This document shows positions 46,252-53,736 of a stretch of 64,000 nucleotides of DNA, in pieces (position 1 is the stretch's first letter; every line of letters starts with the position of its first letter). This stretch comes from Acidimicrobiales bacterium (lineage in GTDB: Bacteria > Actinomycetota > Acidimicrobiia > Acidimicrobiales > Acidimicrobilacustridaceae). Below the pieces are notes generated by a model. The model was not told where the DNA came from. It did not search any database and saw nothing but the letters and a program-made list of their open reading frames with translations. The DNA is taken from NCBI GenBank assembly GCA_037478855.1, contig JBBFLY010000005.1, positions 206-64,205 on the forward strand, written 5' to 3'. Position numbers and translations under genes: made by a program.

Positions 46252-48024
46252 TCAGCGCGTCTGGGCCGACAGCTGACGCTCCATCTCGGCCACGACGTCG
46301 CGCCAGTCGGCCACCAGGCCGATGTCGGCGAAGCTGAAGATCGGCGCTTCGCGATCGGGGTTGACGGCCACGATCGTCCCCGCGTTGCGCACCCCGACGG
46401 TGTGGTTGTACTTCCCGCTGGTGCCGAGCGCGAGGTAGAGCCGGGGCGCGATCGAGTGACCGGTGATCCCGACCTGACGGGCGTGGGGCAGCCAGCCCTG
46501 ATCGGTGACCTTGCGGGTCGCTGCCAGCTCGGCGCCGAGCAGGGTCATCAGACCCTCGAGCTTCCCGTACTCCGAGGGGTCGACACCCTGGCCCACGCCG
46601 ATCACCATCTCCGCGACGGCGAGCGCGTCGAGATCGTCCTCCCGCCGTCGGGTTCTCACCGTGATCCGACCCCGAGGCTCGACCTCGATCGTCGAGGTCC
46701 GCACCCTGCCTGCCGGACGGGGCGTCGCCAGACCGAGAACACCCGGCCGAACGGTGGCCATCTGCACCGAGGACGACGCGGTGATCGCGGCGACGAGGCT
46801 GCCACCGAAGGCCGGCTTCCACGCCACCAGCCGCGCCTCCTCGACCGCGAGATCCACTGCGTCACCCGTCAGTCCGGCGCCCAGTCGGGCTGCGAGGCGC
46901 GACGCGACCTCCCGACCCCACGAGGTGGACCCGCTGAGCACGGCCCACGGCCCGACCTCGCTCGCCCAGGCGCCGACAGCCCGGGCCACGTCCTCTTCGG
47001 CCGCCGCCCCTCGGATGGTGACGATCTCGTCCGCGCCCCAACTCGCGAGCGTCGGCGGCTCACCCGGCTCGGGACCCAAGGCGACGACCCGACCGGCGAG
47101 CTGCGCCGCGAGGCGCGCCGCGGCGCCGAGCAGCTCACGGGCCAGTCGCGCCCGGCGGGGTTCGACCAGCACCGCCACCGAGGGGCCGTCGCCACCAGTC
47201 GCGGGGACGATCCCGCCGCTGCCGGCGGAGAAGGTACCGGGCTCGAGCGCCCCCCGGTCGCGCAGGTACGCGAGAAGCTTCGCGACCTGTTCGCGGGGGT
47301 CGCCCTCCAAGACGATGCCTGCACGCTCGACCTGCACGGTTCGGGTCTCACCAACGCGCGTCGGGCTCCCCTCTTGACCCCAGGGTCCTGCACCGAGATC
47401 GCGGGCGGTGAGACGCCGGATGCGGGCCGGGTCGACACCGGCCCAGACGGCGGGGTCCTTGATCTTGCACGGGTCGATGAGCCGCTCGGCTGCGCTGAGC
47501 ACCGCCGGGAGCGTGACGGTGGCCTCGACCCACTCGTCGTCGAGCTCGAGCCCCACGTCGACCGAGCGTCCGTCGGCGGCGAGCGTCAACCGCTTCACCC
47601 CCGTGGCGAAGGGCAGGTCGAGCAGCTCGGCGACCTGCGGACCGACCTGGCCGGTGTCGGCGTCCACCGAGTTGCGTCCCACCAGCACCAGGTCGTAGGG
47701 GCCGGTGCGTTCGAGCGCCGCCGCCAGCGCCCGTGCGGTCGCCAGGGTGTCGGAGCCGGCGAACGCCGGGTCGGAGACCAGGATCCCCTCGTCGGCGCCG
47801 TAGGCGATGGCCTCCCGCAGCACGTCCTCGGCCGACGGTGGCCCGAGGGTGATGACGGTACAGCTGCCCCCGGTCTGACTCGCGAGCAGCACCCCCTGGG
47901 CTACGGCCCTGCGACAGTACGCGCTCATCTCGAGCGGCAGCCCTTCGCGCCGGAGGCGCCCGTCGGGACCGAGCTGCATCGACTCGAACTGGGGAACCTG
48001 CTTGACGAGCGCCGCAACGCGCAT
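46252..48024 (-). CDS. Electron-transfer flavoprotein with beta and alpha subunits fused in one polypeptide (EtfB-EtfA)
   Basis: Within track ORF 46252..48996. The start is MRVAALVKQVPQFESMQLG (ATG 48024, in frame). The N-terminal ~255 aa are EtfB-like (DLVLVGRNSVDADTGQVGPQVAELLDLP). The C-terminal part is EtfA-like (ATRKVTDQGWLPHARQVGITGHSIAPRLYLALGTSGKYNHTVG...IVAVNPDREAPIF). No stop separates them. Confidence 0.75.
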   Translation of the reverse strand: MRVAALVKQVPQFESMQLGPDGRLRREGLPLEMSAYCRRAVAQGVLLASQTGGSCTVITLGPPSAEDVLREAIAYGADEGILVSDPAFAGSDTLATARALAAALERTGPYDLVLVGRNSVDADTGQVGPQVAELLDLPFATGVKRLTLAADGRSVDVGLELDDEWVEATVTLPAVLSAAERLIDPCKIKDPAVWAGVDPARIRRLTARDLGAGPWGQEGSPTRVGETRTVQVERAGIVLEGDPREQVAKLLAYLRDRGALEPGTFSAGSGGIVPATGGDGPSVAVLVEPRRARLARELLGAAARLAAQLAGRVVALGPEPGEPPTLASWGADEIVTIRGAAAEEDVARAVGAWASEVGPWAVLSGSTSWGREVASRLAARLGAGLTGDAVDLAVEEARLVAWKPAFGGSLVAAITASSSVQMATVRPGVLGLATPRPAGRVRTSTIEVEPRGRITVRTRRREDDLDALAVAEMVIGVGQGVDPSEYGKLEGLMTLLGAELAATRKVTDQGWLPHARQVGITGHSIAPRLYLALGTSGKYNHTVGVRNAGTIVAVNPDREAPIFSFADIGLVADWRDVVAEMERQLSAQTR

Positions 48025-48050
48025 CGCGGCAGTATCGCAGATCAACCTGA

Positions 48051-48070
48051 ACATGACAGTAGCGTCAGGT
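48051..48070. promoter_or_regulatory. Palindromic operator box 12: aca TGACA gtag CGTCA ggt, with an extra AACCTGA half-site just upstream (48044-48050)
   Basis: Lies in the 63-bp divergent region between the etfBA start (48024, -) and the 2-hydroxyacid dehydrogenase start (GTG 48082/48088, +). Confidence 0.65.
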
Positions 48071-48087
48071 TCTGCGAGGCTGTGGGC

Positions 48088-49080
48088 GTGCGCGACGCCG
48101 AACGCCTCCGCATCTTCGCCACCGCCCCATTGCGCGGCGAGGGCATCGAGACCCTCGAGCGTCTCGGCGAGCTGGTAGCCGAGCCGTGGATCCTCGGTCC
48201 CGACGAGCCGGTGCGGATCTACAACGACGAGCAGCTCGCCGCGAGGCTCGCCGAGATCGACGCCGACGTGGTCATCTGCGAGGCCGACAGCTGCCGGGGC
48301 CCGGTCCTCGACCTGGACCTGCGGGCGGTCTGCTCCACCCGGGGCGACCCGACCAACGTCGACGTCGCCAGAGCCACCGCTCGGGGCATCCCCGTGCTCC
48401 ACGCGCCCGGCCGCAACGCGGACGCGGTCGCCGAGCTCACCGTCGCGCTGCTCCTCGCCGTCACCCGGCTGATCATCCCCGCCGACCGCGACGTACGCGA
48501 GGGCGAGGTCTTCCGTGATGGCACGATCCCCTACCAGCGGTTCCGGGCCTGGCAGCTGGCCGGACGCACCGTCGGCATCGTCGGCCTCGGCGCGGTGGGG
48601 CGAGCGGCGCGTTGGCGGTTCGAGGGTCTCGGCATGCGGGTGATCTCGTTCGATCCCTTCAATGAGGAAGCGACCCACACGTCGCTCGATCAGCTGCTCG
48701 CCGAAGCCGATGTGGTGTCCATGCACGCGGCGCCCACGCCAGAGACGCTCGGGATGATGGGCGCGGCACAGTTCGCCCGCATGAAGAACGGTGCGGTCTA
48801 CCTCAACACCGCCCGGGCCGGCCTCCACGACCTCGATGCGCTCAGCGCAGCGCTCGCGAGCGGGCACCTCGCCGGCGCGGGTCTGGACCACTTCGACGGG
48901 GAGATGCTCCCCCCCGGACACCCCCTCACCGACATGCGCAACGTGGTGCTCACCCCGCACATCGGCGGGGCGACCTACGACACCGAGGTCAACCACACCC
49001 GGATGATCGCCGACGATCTGTCACGCCTCCTCGCCGGCGAGCGCCCGCTGCACTGCGTCAACCCGGAGGTGCTGACGTGA
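48088..49080 (+). CDS. D-isomer-specific 2-hydroxyacid dehydrogenase family (NAD-binding)
   Basis: Within track ORF 46132..49080, with GTG 48088 (or 48082). It has GRTVGIVGLGAVGRAARWRFEGLGMRVISFDP, YLNTARAGL, AGLDHFDGE and LTPHIGGAT. Confidence 0.8.
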   Translation: MRDAERLRIFATAPLRGEGIETLERLGELVAEPWILGPDEPVRIYNDEQLAARLAEIDADVVICEADSCRGPVLDLDLRAVCSTRGDPTNVDVARATARGIPVLHAPGRNADAVAELTVALLLAVTRLIIPADRDVREGEVFRDGTIPYQRFRAWQLAGRTVGIVGLGAVGRAARWRFEGLGMRVISFDPFNEEATHTSLDQLLAEADVVSMHAAPTPETLGMMGAAQFARMKNGAVYLNTARAGLHDLDALSAALASGHLAGAGLDHFDGEMLPPGHPLTDMRNVVLTPHIGGATYDTEVNHTRMIADDLSRLLAGERPLHCVNPEVLT

Positions 49081-49757
49081 ACCCCGAGCCCGCGAGCGAC
49101 AGGACAGCCGACGACGTCCGGGCCGAGGTGCTCGCGGTGGCGAAGGCCTTCCACGAGAAGGGACTCGTCGTGGGGACGGCCGGGAACGTCTCCGGTCGGA
49201 TGCCCGGAGGTGACACGATCTGCATGACCCCGTCCTCGACGCCCTACGAGACGATGACGCTCGACGATCTGGTGATCGTCGACCTCGACGGGAACAAGCT
49301 CGACGGCGCCGGCAGCCCCACCAGCGAGAGGTCGCTCCACCTGGAGTGCTACCGGCGCTACCCGGAGGTTGGTGGGGTCATCCACTCCCACGCGCCCTAC
49401 GCCTCGATGTTCGCGCTCGTACACCAGCCCATCCCCGCGCTCATCGAAGAGGTGGTCACCTACATCGGCGGCGACGTCCCCGTCTGCGACTACCGGATGA
49501 CCGGCACCGACGAGCTCGGCGTCGAGGTGGCCTCACGTCTGGCCGACCGCTCAGCGGCACTGATGGCGAACCACGGGCTGGTCTGCATCGGGAGGTCCCC
49601 GGACGACGCTCTGCACGCCTCCCTGGTGGTCGAGCGCACCGCACAGATCGTCTGGGGTGCCCGCGCGCTCGGTCAGGTCAGGCCGATCCCCGAGAGGTCC
49701 ACCACGGACTTCGCCAACGTCTACCGGTTCGTGCGAAGCAGCCTCTGGCGGTCCTAG
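49077..49757 (+). CDS. Class II aldolase/adducin-domain protein (paralogue of 6918..7661)
   Basis: 226 aa with GTAGNVSGRM, ERSLHLECYRRYPEVGGVIHSHAPY and ALMANHGLVCIGRS. The GTGA overlaps the preceding gene. Confidence 0.75.
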   Translation: MNPEPASDRTADDVRAEVLAVAKAFHEKGLVVGTAGNVSGRMPGGDTICMTPSSTPYETMTLDDLVIVDLDGNKLDGAGSPTSERSLHLECYRRYPEVGGVIHSHAPYASMFALVHQPIPALIEEVVTYIGGDVPVCDYRMTGTDELGVEVASRLADRSAALMANHGLVCIGRSPDDALHASLVVERTAQIVWGARALGQVRPIPERSTTDFANVYRFVRSSLWRS

Positions 49758-49768
49758 CCTCGTCTCTG

Positions 49769-50155
49769 ATGGCCACCTCCCGCGACCGCCTCGTCGAGGT
49801 CGCCGCCTACGACTCGATCGACGAAGCCCAGGCGGCGGTCGCATTCCTGGCCGACGATGCCGTCGACGCCAGGATCGTCGACGACGGCACCTTCGTGCAC
49901 CTGGTCGTCGCGTCCGCTGACGCGAACCGTGCCCGGGTCCTGCTCGGCCTGCCGGTCGCGCCGGCTGCGGCGGCGCCGAGCGCGCCCGACGATGGTGACG
50001 TCCGCCCTGGCGGCGAGGACGGAGACTGGGAGGCGCCGCTCAGCCCCTCCTCGATGTGGCGCAAGCCGCCGTGGATGCGAGCCGTGGTGGTGCTGGTGGT
50101 GGCCGGGATGCTGATCCCCGCGGTCCTCAGCCTGGTGAGCGTGCTCACCCGCTGA
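49769..50155 (+). CDS. Small membrane-anchored protein (N-terminal DUF2007-like domain, C-terminal TM helix)
   Basis: Within track ORF 49346..50155, with ATG 49769. Sequence: MATSRDRLVEVAAYDSIDEAQAAVAFLADDAVDARIVDDG...VVVLVVAGMLIPAVLSLVSVL. Confidence 0.45.
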   Translation: MATSRDRLVEVAAYDSIDEAQAAVAFLADDAVDARIVDDGTFVHLVVASADANRARVLLGLPVAPAAAAPSAPDDGDVRPGGEDGDWEAPLSPSSMWRKPPWMRAVVVLVVAGMLIPAVLSLVSVLTR

Positions 50156-50160
50156 GGGAC

Positions 50161-50424
50161 CCGAACCTGTCGGCTTCACCCACCCCACCCGAACCTGTCA
50201 GCCCAACCGGCGCAAAACGACACCCACGCTGACAGGTTCACCCACCCCACCCAAACCTGTCAGCCCAACCGGCGCAAAACGACACCCACGCTGACAAGTT
50301 CACCCACCCCACCCAAACCTGTCAGCCCAACCGACGCAAAACGACACCCACGCTGACAGGTTCGAGGAGACAGGTGCTGACAGGTTCGAGGAGACAGGTG
50401 CTGACAGCTTCGGGGTGACAGGTT
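50161..50424. repeat. Tandem repeat array: partial unit, then 3 x 62 bp (50177-50238, 50239-50300, 50301-50362), then 2 x 24 bp (50363-50386, 50387-50410) and a 14-bp remnant
   Basis: Read directly from the sequence. The 62-bp unit is cacccaccccaccc-(g/a)AACCTGTCAGC-ccaaccg(g/a)cgcaaaacgacacccac-GCTGACA(g/a)GTT, i.e. an 11-bp inverted repeat around a 25-nt loop. The 24-bp unit is cgaggagacaggtgctgacag(g/c)tt. The array fills the whole convergent intergenic gap. Confidence 0.9.
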
Positions 50425-50909
50425 CAGACCAGGATGCGCTCGTCGGGAGCGCGCACGCCGATGACCGCCAGCGTGCGTCCGAGCCCCAGGAACAGCCCAC
50501 AGCAGATGGTGAGATCCGCCAGCTCGTCATCGGCGAACTCGGCCCGCATGCGAGTCCAGAACTCCTCGTCCATGCCCAGGTGGTCAAGCGCGAAGCGCTG
50601 CGCGAACTCCGCCGCCAGGCGCTCCCGCTGCGAGAGCGCGGTGCTCTCCCGCCAGTTGGCCACCTCCGCGTAGAAGCCCTCGTCCGCGCCCACCGCCTCA
50701 CCGTCCCGAGCGCGGGTGCCCTGGCAGACGGCGCAGTCGTTGATGAGCGCGATCGTCCAACGCGCGGCTTCACGCTCTCGGACCGGCAGCTTGCTGTTGC
50801 CGTAGACCGCCTCCGAGAACGCGCCCATCCCTGCGGCCATCTCGGCGCGCAGAAGTGCCCAGTCGACGTGCTCGCCGAAGCCTCGCTCGGGAAACGCGAT
50901 GCGTGCCAT
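50424..50909 (-). CDS. Carboxymuconolactone decarboxylase (AhpD-like, CMD) family protein
   Basis: Within track ORF 50424..51587. The start is MARIAFPERGFGEHVDW (ATG 50909, in frame). It has a CxxC in LINDCAVCQGTRA. Confidence 0.55.
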   Translation of the reverse strand: MARIAFPERGFGEHVDWALLRAEMAAGMGAFSEAVYGNSKLPVREREAARWTIALINDCAVCQGTRARDGEAVGADEGFYAEVANWRESTALSQRERLAAEFAQRFALDHLGMDEEFWTRMRAEFADDELADLTICCGLFLGLGRTLAVIGVRAPDERILV

Positions 50910-50944
50910 GCGCGACAGCGTAGAAGCGGTCAGAGCTGGCCGCC

Positions 50945-51712
50945 TCAGCGCAGGGCGCCCGGCTCGTCGAGCCAGCGGTTGAGCGCGCGGGTGCGGGCGT
51001 TGCGCAGGGTGAAGCACTGGATGACCGCAGTGCGCACGCGGTGCTGGACGTGTGCGGAGGTGACGACCTTGCGCAGCAGGTAGTCGGCCGCGTCGCCGTG
51101 GTCCTCCTCCGCGTACGCGTGCACCCGGAAGTTCTCGACGTCGAGCCCGTAGTGGTCGCGCATGCCCTCGTAGAGCAGCTTGGCGTAGCCCGTCGACGCG
51201 GCGAAGCGCTCGCCCGCCCACCCGAAGGCTGCGAGACCCTCCTCGTAGGAGCGGCGCATGTAGTAGAGACTGCCGAGCACCAGCCCGATGGTCTCGGGCA
51301 TGGGCACGAAGCTGACCAGCTCCTCGTCCGGGATGCCGAGCATCCGAGCCCATTCGACCTTCATGTCCACGTGGTTGCGGTCGCCGGTGAAACCCGTCTC
51401 GTCCGCCAGGTTCTGCAACCAGTGGTGGAAGTGCTCGCTCGACTCCATGTCGAGGGCGTCGAAGTCCGGGGCGTTGGAGACCAGCGACCCGAACTCCGAG
51501 GTGTACCAGACGCCGAGGTAGTAGTACTCCTTGCAGAGCCGCCGAAGGTACTCGAGCGACAGCGTCCCGTCGGCCACGTGCTCCCACACCCGGTTGCGCT
51601 CGGTGCAGATCTCGGCCTGGATCTTCTCGAGCTCGTTCATGAACTCGTCCACCGGCAAGGCCTCAGCCGTGCCGCCCCTGCGGATGTCCTTGAACTCACG
51701 GGCCTGGCTCAT
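50945..51712 (-). CDS. TenA/PqqC-like (haem-oxygenase-like fold, iron-containing redox enzyme family) protein
   Basis: 255 aa, all-helical and His/Glu/Asp-rich: SEHFHHWLQNLADETG...HVDMKVEWARMLGI...VHAYAEEDHGDAADYLL. Confidence 0.5.
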   Translation of the reverse strand: MSQAREFKDIRRGGTAEALPVDEFMNELEKIQAEICTERNRVWEHVADGTLSLEYLRRLCKEYYYLGVWYTSEFGSLVSNAPDFDALDMESSEHFHHWLQNLADETGFTGDRNHVDMKVEWARMLGIPDEELVSFVPMPETIGLVLGSLYYMRRSYEEGLAAFGWAGERFAASTGYAKLLYEGMRDHYGLDVENFRVHAYAEEDHGDAADYLLRKVVTSAHVQHRVRTAVIQCFTLRNARTRALNRWLDEPGALR

Positions 51713-51767
51713 GGGAAGAGACCTCCTCGATCGCCCGGAGGACGCCCCCGGGCCCGGTGTTAGACTT

Positions 51768-51787
51768 TTATGACACGAACGTCAGCT
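51768..51787. promoter_or_regulatory. Palindromic operator box 13: tta TGACA cgaa CGTCA gct
   Basis: Lies in the divergent region between the PqqC-like gene (51712, -) and hyuB-like (ATG 51862, +). Confidence 0.65.
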
Positions 51788-51861
51788 TCGTGGCAAGCTT
51801 CGCAGGTCAGGGGTCGGGCACGGGCGACGGCCCGGTGCCCCGAACCAGGGGGGAGCCGCAG

Positions 51862-53736
51862 ATGCACGTCGACCTGGTCAGGCTGGCAGGGAGCAGGGGT
51901 CGCCTGGTCGAGCACACCACCGTCGACCCCGTCACCGCCGAGGTCATCCGGGACTACCTGGAGACCGTCTGCTTCGAGATGGCCACGTACGTCTCGCGCA
52001 CCGCCACCACCCCGATCCTCAACCAGAGCAACGAGCGCAACGCGACCATCCTCGACGCGCAGGGCAGGCTCGCCGCCCTCTCGGTGGGGATCCCGCAGTT
52101 CATGCTGACCTCCACGCTGCCGGTGCGCTTCGCGCTCGAGTTCCTCGGCGTCGACGAGTTCCGTGAGGGTGACGTTTTCGCCGCCAACGACCCTTACCAC
52201 GGCGGAGGCCACCTCCCCGACTACAACGTGTTCGCACCCGTCTTCGCCGACGACCCGGCTGCGCCGAGCGGCCGGAGAATGGTGCTGATCGCCAGCATCC
52301 AGTGCCACCACGGCGACACCGGCGGCGCGGTGCCGGGGGGCTACAACGTGACCGCCAACGACGTGTGGGGCGAAGGCGTCCGCTGGCCGGTGCTGAAGGT
52401 GGTCGATCAGGGACGCGAGCGGCGCGACGTGCTCTACGCGCTGCAGGCGAACAACCGCCTGCCCGACTACCTCGGCGACCTCCGGGCCCAGATCGGCGCC
52501 GCGCAGCTCGCCGCCAAGCGCCTCGGTGAGCTGCTGGACCGGTGGGGCGCAGCCACGGTCGAGCAGTCGGTCGACTACATGATCGACTACGCGGCGAGGC
52601 GCTTCCGTGAGGAGGTGCGCAGCTGGCCCGACGGGGTGTACGAGGCCGACACCTACGTCGACCACGACCCCCTCGGCCACCCGGACGTGCACCTGCACGT
52701 CAAGGTCACCGTCGCCGGGGATCGGCTCACGATCGACTTCACCGGTTCCGACGACCGTCAGGAGCTGCAGGCCTGGTCGACGTTCGGCAACACCCGCGGC
52801 TACACGGTCGGCCAGATCGCCGCGATGATGGATCCGGAGATCCCGAAGAACGAGGGGTTCTTCGACTCGATCGAGCTCATCGTGCCGCAGGGCTGCGTGC
52901 TCAACCCCCATCCGGGCAGACCGGTCAGCGCGGGCACCCACCATCCGGGAGCCGAGGTCGGAGAGGTCATCGCGCTCGCCATGCAGCATGTGCTGCCGGA
53001 CAAGGCCGTCCCGCAGGTGTACAAGACCGGCATCCCGACGATCATCACCGGCATCGACCCGAGGACCGGACAACCCTTCACCGACCACTCGGCGGAGGTG
53101 TACGCGGGCTGGTGCAACGCCGCGAAGGGCATGGACGCCTGGGGCTGCCAGGCCGCCGCGTTCGGGAACCTCTGGAAGGCGACCGCCGAGATCAACGAGA
53201 GCCTCTACCCGCACATCCAGTGGAGCCGCGACTACCGCACCGACTCCGGCGGCCCCGGCCAGTGGCGGGGCCTGTGCGGCAGCCACTACGTGAAGGAGGT
53301 CCGGGTCGACGCCAAGGTCTACACCTACGTGGTGGGCATGAAGTACCCGATGCCCGGCATCGCGGGTGGCAAGCCGGGTGCGCCCAACAAGCTCACGATC
53401 CGCTGGGGCAGCGACGACCCCTACGTGGTCGAGCACACGGCGAACTGGGTGCCGATGAGCGCCGGGGAGAAGATCAACTACGACTACGGCGGCGGAGGCG
53501 GCTGGGGTGATCCTCTCGATCGCGACCCCCGGGCGGTGCTCGACGACGTGCTCGACGAGTACGTCTCCGTCGAAGGTGCCGAGCGCGACTACGGCGTCGT
53601 GCTACGGGGCTCGCTCGCCGATCTCACCCTCGAGATCGACGAGGCCGCCACGGCAGAGCTGCGGGCGTCCCGACGAGTACGAGCGCCGGGACAGCCCGAC
53701 GGAGGGGTCTTCGGCGAGACCGAGTGGGAAGGGTGA
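51862..53736 (+). CDS. Hydantoinase B/oxoprolinase (HyuB) family subunit
   Basis: Within track ORF 51757..53736. ATG 51862 is preceded by GGGGGGAG. It has DPVTAEVIRDYLETVCFEMATYVSRTATTPILNQSNERN and NDPYHGGGHLPDYNVFAPVF. Confidence 0.8.
   Translation: MHVDLVRLAGSRGRLVEHTTVDPVTAEVIRDYLETVCFEMATYVSRTATTPILNQSNERNATILDAQGRLAALSVGIPQFMLTSTLPVRFALEFLGVDEFREGDVFAANDPYHGGGHLPDYNVFAPVFADDPAAPSGRRMVLIASIQCHHGDTGGAVPGGYNVTANDVWGEGVRWPVLKVVDQGRERRDVLYALQANNRLPDYLGDLRAQIGAAQLAAKRLGELLDRWGAATVEQSVDYMIDYAARRFREEVRSWPDGVYEADTYVDHDPLGHPDVHLHVKVTVAGDRLTIDFTGSDDRQELQAWSTFGNTRGYTVGQIAAMMDPEIPKNEGFFDSIELIVPQGCVLNPHPGRPVSAGTHHPGAEVGEVIALAMQHVLPDKAVPQVYKTGIPTIITGIDPRTGQPFTDHSAEVYAGWCNAAKGMDAWGCQAAAFGNLWKATAEINESLYPHIQWSRDYRTDSGGPGQWRGLCGSHYVKEVRVDAKVYTYVVGMKYPMPGIAGGKPGAPNKLTIRWGSDDPYVVEHTANWVPMSAGEKINYDYGGGGGWGDPLDRDPRAVLDDVLDEYVSVEGAERDYGVVLRGSLADLTLEIDEAATAELRASRRVRAPGQPDGGVFGETEWEG

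Noticed and set aside
50161-50424. Possible CRISPR array.
   Set aside because: The sequences between the repeated arms are themselves identical from unit to unit, so there are no unique spacers. Unit lengths (62 and 24 bp) and the absence of cas genes do not fit. I treat it as a tandem repeat.
50300-50773. 157-aa ORF (-) ending in the periodic peptide ...SAPVSSNLSAPVSSNLSAWVS.
   Set aside because: The periodic tail is simply the translated tandem repeat. The rest overlaps the CMD-family gene in another frame.
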